Assembly: GCA_037379345.1 (NCBI GenBank)
Contig: CM074511.1
Span: forward strand, 48,428,862-48,492,861
Reading direction: 5' to 3'
Length of the DNA stretch: 64,000 nucleotides
From: Perna viridis
Taxonomy: Eukaryota
Numbering within the stretch: position 1 is the stretch's first letter; each line of letters starts with the position of its first letter. Shown here piece by piece: positions 13,481 through 26,146 of this stretch. A program made the translations under genes and the position numbers. The notes under the pieces were generated by a model. The model saw only the letters and a program-made list of their open reading frames with translations, made no database searches and was not told the DNA's origin.

Positions 13481-14236
13481 TTTCATTTAATGAATTAAGT
13501 TTATATATACAGAAGTATAACGACCAAAATATTATGGTATTTTTTTAATTATTCATGAAAGAGTGAACAAGAAATCTGTATGCTTTGCAGCGAGTCATGT
13601 ATTGTACAAAACATTCCATGTAGGAAGAAAAAGAAAAAAAACGAACGACTACCATCCTTCTATCTAAATGCGCCTTCTCCTTTTCGTGAGTGTTGAAAAC
13701 GCCCTTGACATTAGCTGGACAAAACTAAATTTGTTATTACTGCGATAAATTTTAGTTTAAGCATTCCTGTTATTTAAACAACTTTTACAAATATGCAATG
13801 CAGGACGACTGAAATAATTAGTCTTCATTGATTAGCTTATATACAGCTTTGAAACCAACTTGATTATCATACTGATAGCTTCATAAGGTGTATATCTTGT
13901 TCTCTTCCGTGAAATAAATACTAGTAAGTCTTTTGATTCATACAAAAATCAATGTAACCGACAATAAGCTATATCCTTCTGGGAATATTCATTTGTCAAA
14001 GTCGTCATTTTCTGCTTAATTGAACCTTTTAGAATATATACATTAGTGACAAATTGTATCCAACTCTTTGAAACAAGGAAATGGTTCTAGTAAATATGCT
14101 TTTTCCATCTTTTTTAACAGATATTGAAATTTTTATCGACATACAAAAGTCTAACAATGAAATTAGATCAAAGCATCCAGATGAAGTGAAAGAGCAAATA
14201 CAGGAATTCTTCATCATTAGATGTTACCATCGTAAG

Positions 14237-14332
14237 GAGGGGCGGATCCAGAGACTTTCAACAGCGGGGGAACGAGGAAAAAAGTTCTACGCTATTATTT
14301 TCTCATTTTTGCCCAAATCGGATCCGCCACTG
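14237..14332. mobile_element. Short MITE with GGCGGATCC terminal inverted repeats
   Basis: aggggcggatcc ... ggatccgccact. Confidence 0.55.
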
Positions 14333-15660
14333 GTATAAGCATTGTTGGATCTGTATCCCATTTCAGTTTTCAGTATATTTTAATTATTTCAACTTTTTCG
14401 TTTTTTGTTTGTTTTTGTTTTTTTTATATTTTGAAAATCGACCAACACTAGTCATGCTTAGTATAATCGAACATTGAAATACTAATAGGTTAATAAATGG
14501 ATTTGTCTACTTCAGCAAATATACAATGAAAGTCTAATCAGAGTAAATAGTAATGGTCAGTTCTGTGTAGAAGTAGAGAAATTGTTTCCAAGTTCCAATT
14601 CCCATGCCATTGGTTTCTTGATTTAAACAATTCATATCCACAATCTTCTGTCCGTCTGCTATCGATTACTAAGCTGGATAAAAGTGTTAGGTTGTACGCC
14701 AAATGAATGTTAATTATTTTCCTCAACTCAAACAATATATAATATTTTCCTCAAGTCATTCTAAGTATACTGTTCCATAAAACATTACATGGAGTGATAA
14801 ACTTCAAAGATACCCATAGGTAATGCAACCTGTATTATAGCTTTTACCTCTGTCAGCAAGCTAATGCTGTAATCGGTACTTTTCTTTTGCGAAAACGTGC
14901 AATTTCACTTGTGCAAAAATGTCATTCTTCATTGGATTATACGCAGCACCTTTCAATAGGAACATATCAAAAGTCAACTTAGGAGTATATAGTTCAGCGA
15001 TTCTAATGTTAAGTCAATTTGGCTTTTAAAAAATATCAACAAATCCGTTCTAGTGCTATGAATCAGTAAGCAAGTGTGTTCACATGTAATTCTTTCTCGA
15101 GATTTCAAGATTTCCTATAGTCCTTTGGAACGCTTTATTTGGCGGTCTAGTGCACATATGGATCTTACCAGGAGTACGTCTTAGTTTTGTCTTACATCTC
15201 TTTCAATATCAATGTTCGGGTACTTCAATTTCATTGATTTTTTCATATAAACAAAATTAAGCGCACTCATTTAGCTTTGTACAATATTTCGAATACGAGA
15301 CATGTAAACAAATCATTACATATATTACAACCTGTGTTCTGTTATATTTCTATGTTTTACCTTTTAATCGAATGATACATTTTTGGAACAAATGACGCTT
15401 GAACAGTGTGTCTCTTAGAAGGAACAGTTCTTTGGGGTTTTATTGTCTCATAAAAATGGGAGTTCGAAGTCAAAAATCAAACTAATATCTTTCTAAATCT
15501 TTTCATGCACCATTCGTATTGAATTGGGTACGACATAAGACACACAGAACGTACTTTTGTTTGAACTCACAGAAAATGAAGTCACGACAACAATGATTTA
15601 GTCTTATACAAATAAAGTTTCTACTTCTTCTTTGGGCTATACGTAGTGTATACTTGTTAA

Positions 15661-16032
15661 GTAGCTGTCTTTGTAAGAATCATACAAAATCTGAAAAATG
15701 TGATACAACCCAAAAAAGGCTACATATTTTTATTTTTTGTAATTAAGCTGTTTCATGGGTCTATATTGTAAAATGTGTAATTATTCATTCATATCTGCCT
15801 GCTCAACTGCTATCTGATAATCAACATTGGAAACCCAACAGATTTTATTATATTTGAGTGTCATTTACAGAGTTATCTCCCTTAATTTTGAAATCTTAGA
15901 ACACGGGTTATATGAAAAACTGAATGTTAATTTCTGCATATTATGGCAATTCAAACAAAATATCAAAAATAAAAATATGTAGGCTTTTTACCCATGAATC
16001 ACATTTTGCATAATTCTTAGCTAGAGTGCTAC
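15661..16032. mobile_element. Non-autonomous DNA transposon with TTAA target site (Kolobok-like)
   Basis: ttaa|GTAGC ... GCTAC|ttaa; internal inverted ctacatatttttatttt / aaaataaaaatatgtag; second copy in opposite orientation at 41110-41483. Confidence 0.7.
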
Positions 16033-18802
16033 TTAATTATATAATATACATATTATATGTTTGTTTTGTTTTATACAGAAGATTGTTTGTATCTTTAATA
16101 TGTCCCATCTTCTTCTGTTCGGTTTCGTCCAATGACATGTGGACATATGGCGACTTCAGCTAGCGTTAATGTGCTTGGTTAGGAAATCGATCACAGACAT
16201 AGTTTTATATAAGAGTTTACTCTTTAAGGAATCTAACGAAGTCCATCTGGGTGAGTACATGTATAGCCTATAGTTGAAAAGTTGAGGAGTGCAAGTATAT
16301 GAAGGCATACACGCTGCACCTCGAAGTCCTTGCTGTTACGGGGTCTTCTACAAGTGATTACAAGAATACTTATCCTAGTTCATCGTTTCTGTGGCAAAGA
16401 GAGGCTTTGTACCGACCTAACAAGCGGGCGAGCCGCGAGTGCGACCAGGGTATTCAAATTCATTTGGCAAAAAAAAAAAAACCAAATCCTACAGCAATAA
16501 GGCTAATCTGTCAAATACTTGTTTGATTCTGTTGAAAAAAAAAACAGATAGGAAAGTATTATTTTAATGGATGATTGTAATATCGGTATTTCATGAGCAA
16601 AAGGCAATGTAGTTTAGATTCCTTTAAGGTATTTACTAGGTGACTAGTTTGAAGTCAGCAAAGCTATTAAAGAAAGTTCTGCACGTCCTCAAGGATCGAA
16701 TCAAAAGTATATATATTTTTTTATTTTTCTAGATATCATCGTGTTGCGTGATGTCTCGGCTTTCTTGATGACGACATCAATATGATATTGATGATATTGG
16801 AATTAAAAGCAAAATATGTATTGCTTAGACTGACATATTTGTCCAAACCCCTAAAGTATAATATCCATGCTTCTGTAAAAAATGGTTTATTTTGTATTTT
16901 CTGTTCAGTAGTATAACAATCGATATTGTTGGGGTCCTTAGATAACTTGTGGCGATGATCCTGTTCAAAATTGATCAAACTAGAGCTGAAACAAAATTTT
17001 CGTTTTTTTCTGAAAGTCGCATAAATTCGACTGTCTGTACAATTTATTTCACGACGAAAATATCTCATATATGGTATCATTCGATAGATAAAACCACATC
17101 AATTCGAACATGTAAAAACTTTCCTAGAAAGTAAATAAATATTTCCCCTGTAAGTCAGGTTTCAGTATGACATAAAATGTTCATTTACAGCACACCAACA
17201 CTGTAAAACTCACATTTTGGGCATTTATAATCAAAGCAATGATGCATCCAACATATCTTCTCAGTTACTCGTTTTGGAATTTGAGCATAAAAAGCAGTTT
17301 CCTGAAATTCCACTGCTGTCATTTAGAAAGAGGAAAAAAGAGTATGTAGTTCTAAAAAGTTTTGATATGATACAGTACCTTACTTTTACACTATAACTTT
17401 AAAATGGGCCATAGAAATAAATATTTTTAATGTTGATTTGATAAAAATTGCTACCATCCCTGAAAATGAAGCTAAATATGAACCAAAATGCTAATATTTA
17501 GCGTATGAATATATCCAACATATCTGCTTCTTCCAGGATTGTTGATAAATTGAATCATGACCTTATCTTAAAAACAAGAATTTTTGGAATTTCACTTTTT
17601 CTTTCAGTTAATGTGCAATTTGCATGCATTTTCAAATGCCATACTTCTAAGAAGCCTTTATGTTAAAAAAATGATGAGACTAATGATGAAATATCTCAGG
17701 ATGACAAAAATTAAAAAATAACAAAAATATTAACATTGCAAATCTCAGTATGCTGTACACGTGTTTCTATGACCTCTCATTTGCAGCGTGAGAACCAAAT
17801 ACTTAGAAAGTTCAAGATAAAAAAAATCAGTTTATGCAAGAAGTACTAAAAGCCAAAAATAATGAAAAAAGAAGCCAAGTCCAGTACCAATTAATTCAAC
17901 ATAAGTATGAAATTAAAACAATTGAATCACAAAAAATCCGCACCATTAGACTGAATAGGAATCAAAGAATATTCTAAGGTAATTAATTGATTCATAAATG
18001 GCAGGTATTAAGGGTACACGGTTGGTGAGTTTGGGGAGGGGCGTTGTGGATCCTCCAAGCCATTGGACTAAGTTGTGTCAAGTACATATTTGGGCAAATA
18101 CAACTTCGAAATTTATAAGTAAATTTAAGATATTGAGAGGACAATTTTGACCAACAGAAATGTACACTTTGAAATGGAATGGGTCTAGCGAAATGAGACC
18201 AAGTACATTGTCTAATGATGTTATGAATTATCTCAACTTCTTTAATGATTAAAGAATGAGGGAAGATTTCTGTTATTGTTATTTTGAATTAGTATGGACC
18301 ATGTAAATGTTTTCAGAATTAATATTTGTCTATAGTTTGAAAATTGTACTGCTTTCTGAGTTCGGCAGAGATGCTGTTTAAAAAGCTGAATTCCAGATTT
18401 TGAGCTCTTTAAAAACTATTCAGATTTTCATTCTTTTTCTCTGACCCTTACCTTTTGTTACAGTAGCTTTTTTTTCTCTGAAATAAAACAAGATATGGTC
18501 AAATATAACATATATATATATAGATATTCTTGTGCTAATAACTGCATGCTTAAATGAAAATTCCTCTTCATTTTTGTTTTCAGTTTCACTTACAAACCCT
18601 TGTATTTCCATCTAAAATTCATGTTATGTTATACCTCTAGATCTGTAGTCTGTAATTTCATAGTATAACCTTCACATAAAAAATGCTCCCATGAAAACTA
18701 GAGGCACAGAGAATAACCAAGTAGGCTGACTCAGAACTCTAATATTGTTGGGCTGAATAAAGAGTAGAGAAATAGAAGTTTATTTGAATCATAAAGATTC
18801 AT

Positions 18803-18818
18803 TTTATTAAATTTTATT
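18803..18818 (-). terminator. Candidate polyadenylation signals of the C8orf89-like gene
   Basis: Two AATAAA on the minus strand (18803-18808, 18813-18818), ~1.55 kb after the stop codon. Confidence 0.45.
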
Positions 18819-20373
18819 TCAAATTTATAAACATATGCTATGAACAGACTTAATGCCAGTAAAATTTTAAAGAAAATGAAATGTTTTGAAGGAACAACTC
18901 TTGGACGGAATGCTTTCAGAAGTCAAATAAATAAGAAATATACAAACATGTACACAGCTGTGGAATAATACAAAAATTAACAAAAAAATAAATATAAATG
19001 AAGATTCAGTTTATATAAATTCAATGATTAAATGCTTCTATGTAGCGTCCAATTGATAACTTGAATTATCTCCCTTTGCATATTTATTTCAGTATGAAAT
19101 GTAACAAAGTTCTATAACTGTTTTTATAAGCACTTTGAACAGACCCACTACTACAAGCAAAACAAATTGCACTCAAACATTTCTATCAGTTAATAAGTCC
19201 ATACAGACCCTAGTTAGCAGTAAGAAATTTAATGAAGGCACATCAATGTTTACAACCTTAGAGACAACAAAAAATAACAGTGAGGTACTTCAGTGAGGAG
19301 GAGGATGAGGGCAATATAATCAGATCAATATTCTCCATTGACAGACCATTAAAATTCACTGTCTCTTTAAAATCTATGCTAATATTAAGGTGGCATTACA
19401 GTATAGTTACGTAAATATTAAAACCACAAAGTTTCACAGCATTACAGAACCATGAAAAATCAACAGAAAATACTCTACTTGTTCTTCCATTGATTTGTTA
19501 AAATATTGGAAAATAGTGAAGTACATTGAAGACGTTTATACTCTACTCTATTGCAAAATATGTTTTTGATATAACATGAAAAGCTGATTTATAACAAACC
19601 ATATCCTCCATTTATACGGAAAATAATTGTGCCATCCTGATATCATTTTGCAGCCCCATTTAAAAAAAAAAATTAAAAAAAAACAACAAAAAATAAAAAT
19701 AACAAAAACAAACAAAAAAAAACCAAAAAATTCATTGCTTGCAGAATTAACTATTCTTTTCTTTAGAGGATCATATTTTTAATTTTTTTTTGGAACAACA
19801 AATTATTTTTAGCCATATAAGCAATGGTGGTGTTGAATAATCATCGAAGAAAGCCATATATTTTTTCAGGTGTTTTCAAATGCAACATTAATTTTTTGGA
19901 CAAGAGCTCACAAGGTAGTATTATTTACTCAAACCCCATTATTTTAAGAAGAGAGTCCTTAGACCATAATATTGACTTTTTACAGGTTTCACTGGATAGC
20001 AATGATATCCTTAATAACAAATGGTCTTACAAGGAAATATTTATGTCCTAAATAACAGTTTGAACATATCAATGCAAAAACAATCAATCAATAATATTTT
20101 TCCAACAATAAATAATGAAAGACAATGTCATTATCTTCAGTTCATGACATTTCTCATCATGTAATCAACAACCATTGGATAATTCAACAATCATACAGAA
20201 TTTAAGCTAGTCTATCCAGTGGATGAAAGGAGTTGTCTCCCTTTGACCAGATACAATCTATCACAGTTATGCTTTCCAGCAGTTTTTATTTGGTTTCCTA
20301 AATCCCTGGGATTTGCAAGGTGATATTATGTAAAATAATGAACTAATTAGAATAATCTAGTGATGAGCTATCC

Positions 20374-20519
20374 TCAAGAATCACGATCTCTGACTTTCTT
20401 TTTCACTTTTTTACTTTTTTCATATCTAATTGTCTCGGACTCCAGTGCACTTAACTCCATAAGTCTTTGTTGAAAAGAAGGAGGAGCACCAATAACAGGA
20501 TCTGTGTATCTTGGTTCAG
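20374..20519 (-). CDS. C8orf89: C8orf89-like gene, terminal constant exon C4: (A)EPRYTDPVIGAPPSFQQRLMELSALESETIRYEKSKKVKKKVRDRDS*
   Basis: Strong acceptor (ttgttattttttttttag|), phase 1 matching C3, TGA at 20376-20374. The peptide matches my recollection of the conserved C-terminus of vertebrate C8orf89 (DPxxGAPxxxxxRLxxxxxLExxTIRxE plus a Lys-rich tail). Confidence 0.85.
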
Positions 20520-21258
20520 CTAAAAAAAAAATAACAAAAATGTCTCCTCTCATTATTCAGAATAATAAAGATATCAAATGAATGTAAAGCTGAGATGTAA
20601 AACACAGAGTATTGTAAACACTGTACCAGGAATTAATTATTGAGATACAGATTAAAAAAAAAATTGAATGCTAAATTATCTATCCTCTATGACAAGATTA
20701 TTTTCTCTCACAAGACATTGAATTTCAAACTTAAATTCCCTATTTTGAAACCCTTTTTCTTGACACTGATATTTCTTAATCAATGTAAAGGTTGGCAAAA
20801 AAAAAGATGTTTTTACATACTAACATGCAGCCCAATAATGCTTACATTTACATTACAGGTACTTGTAAACAAGGTTTTCTGGTATGTATAAAGGCACAAT
20901 TATAGCTATCAAACAGCATTTTCTTACTGCAAAGGCACCTTTACACTTACAAGAACATCAAAATGGATTGACTTTAATCAAAGAGAAGGGAGATACAAAA
21001 TTTGTTGTATAAAAAATGTGTTAGATAAAAAAAAGCGGGAATGAAATCAAGAGGGTCCAGCCTACAAGCATCTGTAGTATTTTTAGAAGCCTAAGAATCC
21101 TACATGCTTTCAGAGTATACAACTGTCAAATAAATAGATAAATCACTAGTGTTACCTGACACTAAAACGTAAACCAATCATCAAATGGAAGATTGTATCC
21201 TAAAAGGTATACCGGAATAAAATGCTATCTATATCATCTGAGAGTACTTAGTAGTTAC

Positions 21259-21483
21259 CTTCTTTACTGAAGCTGGACCGTGAGTGAGCTGGAGCATTCT
21301 GCACCATGATTGGTTTTACACTTTTACGCTGGGGAACTGTTGTTGAACTACTAGAGGATGACACCATTGATACACTTTTGCCTGTAACATTTTGAATACC
21401 ATTGGCACTATTAGATCCTGAGTTTTTCTGGGCATTAGGGCTCCAGATTGTACCCATAGCAATTAAATCATCAGATTCTCTAC
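21259..21483 (-). CDS. C8orf89: C8orf89-like gene, constant exon C3 (GRESDDLIAMGTIWSPN...HSRSSFSKE), phase 1-1
   Basis: Acceptor tttccattatag|, donor AAG|GTAACT, 225 nt open and in frame with C2 and C4. Confidence 0.85.
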
Positions 21484-22283
21484 CTATAATGGAAATAGCG
21501 CAAGTGTGAGTAGTAATGTGGCATTTGACAGATGACGTCATTAAGACCTTACTTTAATTGGTTCCCATATAGCACAGTAATATAATTTTTGGGAGTGAAT
21601 TTGTAATTCAATGGCAAGGCATCCTAAAACCCATAATTTCTTCAAATACTGATTGAAAAAAATTAATAAGGGAATTTTTCTATTGCCAACTAAGGACAAC
21701 AGTTGTTGGTTTCCTAGGTGATGATTCTTCTACTACATTCAGATATCTATATGGCTAAAATATCACAACAGAAACGAAACAAAGAACTGATAAAACTTTG
21801 GTTAACCTATATCTTCTTCTCTGTTCTACTATACCATATAGAAAATCCATAAAAAAGCAGGTATAAATAGATTTATTTTGACCTAATTGAAATCTACCCA
21901 TAAATAAATGATTAAAACTGAGGGTAACTCTCTGTTTTTACCTGACAATGATGATTAAAATAAAATTCAATTAAGCTGGGTCTAGAGACTGTGTCACATC
22001 GACTTATTTATTTCCTGCAGCATCAAAATAGTAGAATTATTTGAACTTTATCTTAAATGGAGTTATAGTGCTGTAAGTTTATCTATAATCGAATAGATTT
22101 CTTTATACCATTAAATAAAACAACAACTGCATTAGTAGGTGTTATGACTTTATTTCTTTTAACAAAAAAAAATCTTATTGCTTAATATCACATGGGAGAA
22201 GGTCATACGATGCCAAGTTGAAAGTAGAAAGTTTTTCGTTTTCTTCTTTTCATCAAACTACCATAGAAGTTCTCCCAATAGGA

Positions 22284-22355
22284 CTCTTACACATGATCAC
22301 AGATTAGTTCAATTATCTACTCTTACACATGATCACAGATTAGTTCAATTATCTA
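22284..22355 (+). repeat. 36-bp tandem duplication
   Basis: ctcttacacatgatcacagattagttcaattatcta x2. Confidence 0.9.
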
Positions 22356-22614
22356 CCCTGGCAAGCATACAACAATATTCTCACCCTTAATGCATGTAAA
22401 CATAAAATGCCCAACCTTCATATAAATTTTATCAAGACCTTTTTAATAGTTTAAGCACAGCAATGTTTACAATTGTACATTGATGAACTGACAGACAGAC
22501 GTGTGGAGATGTCAAATGACTTTCAGGTATACAATGTTCAGTTTTACATTTATTTCTATGTAATTAGCTTAGTCATTGTAGCCTTATATTAAGTGATGTA
22601 CTTCAAAAGCCTTG

Positions 22615-23083
22615 CCCCCATGCAGGTCCGGGTGTCAGGATAATAGGCCCACAGCAGTGCTAAGCTTGTTGTAAAAGGCGACTAAATAGTATCTCAGAAC
22701 CCTGGCCAGAGCTACTGGGTTGTGTGCCCTAGGTGGTGGAATGGGGTACCCCTGGGATGTTACATGCTGGGGTCGTCAGGCCATAATACGGAAAACCCGA
22801 CTGCAAACCATAGTCATGCAACGTGTTGTGAAAAATGCCACGTTTCTCGCACATTAAAGAACTCTTCTGTGGTATTCTCTCGGAGTAGGAACCATAGGGC
22901 TCTATCACAGGAGTCTAAATTGCCTGACCCTACCCACCTCTCCCTATTTCCAGTAGCATTCAAAATTTGTCGACCCATTATCCTTGTGTATCATCCCATT
23001 TATCATTTCATGTTCATTGCCTGAATATAGTTGAAATATTGCTGCTCAGGTGTTAAAGCCCAACAATCAATCAATCAATCATT
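22615..23083 (+). mobile_element. Full-length SINE-like retroposon with Nin/Deu-like central domain and (CAAT)n tail
   Basis: 10-bp target-site duplication aaaagccttg (22605-22614 and 23084-23093); central gcacattaaagaac motif; 3' tail gaaatattgctgct...gttaaa...caatcaatcaatc; related copy at 41488-41812. Confidence 0.8.
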
Positions 23084-23354
23084 AAAAGCCTTGTAGTATA
23101 CATATAATTTTTTTAGAGAAGGCATGCAGTATGAATTTTCATCGACTAGAAAGTAGTTTTTCTAAAAAAGTAAGCTTTAAAAAAGTGTCCAGGTAGCACA
23201 ATATCAATATACAACTGAACACCTACACACTATTTTTAAACAGCTGCAATTTCAAGGTAAAAGTGTCTACCAAACATTTTAATTAATCATTGTTAGTGAA
23301 GGAACACTTGTGAAAGGTATATTTTTATACTTTAACCTTTTAAACTCTCTTTAC

Positions 23355-23535
23355 CTATTTTAAAACTTGTTAAAAACTTACTGTGTCTTATATTATAGGC
23401 CAAAAGGTGCCTAACAACACTACTGTTAATTCTTGGCAGTTTGTCCCGACCTTCTGTGTCCATTATTTTAAATCGTACATTACTATTATCTTTCCATGGC
23501 GTCCACATAATATCATTCAAAATTAAGTTTTTCAT
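23355..23535 (-). CDS. Putative internal alternative first exon splicing to C3 (MKNLILNDIMWTPWKDNSNVRFKIMDTEGRDKLPRINSSVVRHLLAYNIRHSKFLTSFKI), phase 1
   Basis: 60 open codons from ATG to ATAG|GTAAAG; phase 1 matches the C3 acceptor. Confidence 0.55.
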
Positions 23536-24949
23536 TTTTCAGAAACAAAACCGATTCTTTTGGTGTCATGAAGGTATAAAAAACACAAGAAGTTTGGAGA
23601 AAATCATTCCAATTAAGAAATTCTGTAACTAAATCCGTCATGTTGATTAAATAAAATCCCAATTATTCAGCCACAGTCCATTGTTATTATGTGAATAGTA
23701 TCGCATAAAAATAATCAATACCCAGAATGCATCAGAGTGATTAAAACAACAGATAATGTTACATATAAATGATAAATAATGGAGATCCATTATGACAAGG
23801 GAATCAATCTAACACAGAGTTTTATAGCCATTGAAGGATTTCTGTATTTGCTCCGTTATTACAGAAGCCACTTTCTATGGCCATCACAATCTGCCATCGA
23901 CTTTGATTATTTATAAGTATTATTACCTCTATGTATGAAGAACTTGAATGTTGAAATACCAAGAGGAAAAGGTCGTGACTTCTAGGATAAATCAAGACTG
24001 AAATATATTGGATTTGCCTTTCCACCTTAAAATGATTCATTCTGAGTCTACACTGTACCAAATAATAATATTATTGCTCTCACTATGCAAGTGAAGGTAA
24101 AGATTTATTTGAAATGTGTAAATGGACCAACTTTGACAAGTTTCGTCAGTTTATATCAAAATTAAGTGAACTTCACAGTGAGGAGCTACCAAGAAATTCA
24201 CATCAAGTATCAGAAGAATCTGATGAAGTAGAACTATTCAAAAGGTTGTTTGTACCTAGACAACAAGATTGCATCAGACATACTAAATTCTATCTTAATC
24301 CTTGTCACCGTAAAAACAAACTCATATTTGATCTATATAAGTTGTGATTGCAGGTCCATTTCTTAAGGAATAAAATTTATTTGAATAACTTGCTTGCAAG
24401 GGTGTTGCCTCCCTCATATTTGTCTTTTTATTGACTAAATTTTCTTAGAACCAAAACTGTCTAGAGTAGGCTGATAGGATCTACAAGTTCATCCCCAAAT
24501 AACATGCAGCATGCTAAGAAAACCAAATCAAAATGCCAATTGAATAGCTACATATATTGCCACTTAGCAAGATCAACAAAGCCAGCTTTACATTGTAGCT
24601 GTAGTAAATCTGAATGATAATGCAAATGGTCTTAAATGTACACAAGGGCTTTCTAATATAAAATGGCAGAAAAATATTTTTAAAAAAAGTACCTCTTGTG
24701 AACAGCTAAAGATTCAACGACATGGTATAGACCTGTTAAACATATCCCAACCCTCCTCTAACCTAAAATATGGGATCTAACCCTAAATAATGAGAAAATA
24801 TGAACACTGATTTCCTTAACCAGAAATGATATGTAAGTGATTAATACAAGTATTTTTTAATGCAATATTATTGAAAAAGTTAATTGTAGAAGTGAAGCAA
24901 CTATCATCAAAAGCTTTTTGTTTATTTTACACAGGAAGTCATAGCTCAC

Positions 24950-24956
24950 CATCCAT
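24950..24956 (-). CDS. Possible very short alternative start exon (MD), phase 1, to C3
   Basis: aaaaATGGATG|GTGAGC with strong donor and correct phase; too short to exclude chance. Confidence 0.25.
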
Positions 24957-25244
24957 TTTTAATTTAAAAAAAAATGAATAATGAACAGCCCCTTCAACAA
25001 AAACCCCCACAAAAAAAAAAACAAAAAAAAAAAACAAACTGATCAATAACAATATCCATACAACACAAACTGTCACTAATCGCTCCATCCATGCAAAACA
25101 TGCACCACTGCTACACAGCTCTGACTACCAAGGGGCTTTTAAAGTGAAAGTAGGAATTAGAAATGAAGCCAACAGATAAAAAACTTGCAGTGAACAGATC
25201 TGAGATGCAAGGCAAGCTTAATACCTACAGCAGCCAATCCTTAC

Positions 25245-25308
25245 CATAGTAGGGAACTACAACTGCAGAACACATTAAAGTCATGTACAATTCTTTACAA
25301 AGCTCCAT
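25245..25308 (-). CDS. Possible alternative first exon (MELCKELYMTLMCSAVVVPYY) or 18-nt cassette microexon (25245-25262), phase 1, to C3
   Basis: Donor ATG|GTAAGG; ATG preceded by an in-frame stop; internal acceptor ttctgcag| would give an in-frame symmetric microexon. Confidence 0.35.
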
Positions 25309-25993
25309 CTGTGACAATAACTACCTATTTCATCAGTGATTATCAATCTCCACTTGGTTGAAGGCAATGTCCAGTAATCAGATTTTAGTAATAATTTGGT
25401 CATAATTAGATTTCTAACTATGAAAGTATTGTTGACCATGATGTTTTTGTGGATTTTATATTCAAATCGAAACTGAACATAAAAATATTCACAGAAGCAA
25501 AGAAATAAGATTCATTAAATTTTTGGTGAAATCTTGAAAACTGAAACAGTAATCTAACATCACCTGATTACTGGTCAAGTGTGTTTAAACATTCACTGTC
25601 TTTTTTGGAAACATTTACTGTTTTTATAAGTTATAATTTTACGTGCTTGATGAAATTTATCAAGTTTATGCATGTACACATGATATTGCTTTAGCTGGTA
25701 TCAAGGAGAAAATTTAAGGTGAGAATTTTTTTTATCCAATTAAAGCAATATCCAGAGTTTTAAAGTTGTCAATAAAATTGTTGGATTTATACTTTAATGT
25801 GTAAAGCAAAATTTCAACTCAAAAACATCAGACTGACAGTATTTATCAATTCCTGACTGATAACAGAAAGCAAAATAGAAATACTTTTATATCACTAAAA
25901 AGTTCAGTTTTGGCAACTAATAATTAACTATTCATAAGTATAAACCCAACATATCCAAAGCACTTTATGTAAATATTTTCACAGTATACCAAC

Positions 25994-26146
25994 CTGAAGT
26001 GTAATTATTTCCCCTAGAACCATACAAGGGTTCTCCTTTGAGGAGATTTGTCCGTAAACCATTAGGACGATACTGATTGCTGTTTTTCCCGGGATTTGGC
26101 AGTATAGGCCGCAAATTGTCTTCACTCTCTTTGTTATTGAAAGAAA
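25994..26146 (-). CDS. C8orf89: C8orf89-like gene, constant exon C2 (VSFNNKESEDNLRPILPNPG...GEPLYGSRGNNYTS), phase 1-1
   Basis: Acceptor ttatttatcttgcag|, donor CAG|GTTGGT, 153 nt open in the frame set by C1; GC-richer than flanks. Confidence 0.85.

Noticed and set aside
16299-17134. ORFs 16299-16526 (+) and 16736-17080 (-), with plus-strand splice-like sites at 16251 and 16732
   Set aside because: No recognisable protein, and all three frames close soon after the acceptor; could be non-coding transcription but unsupported.
23822-24061. 79-aa minus-strand ORF in the C2-C3 intron
   Set aside because: Its candidate donor (GAG|GTAATA) is phase 0, incompatible with C3.
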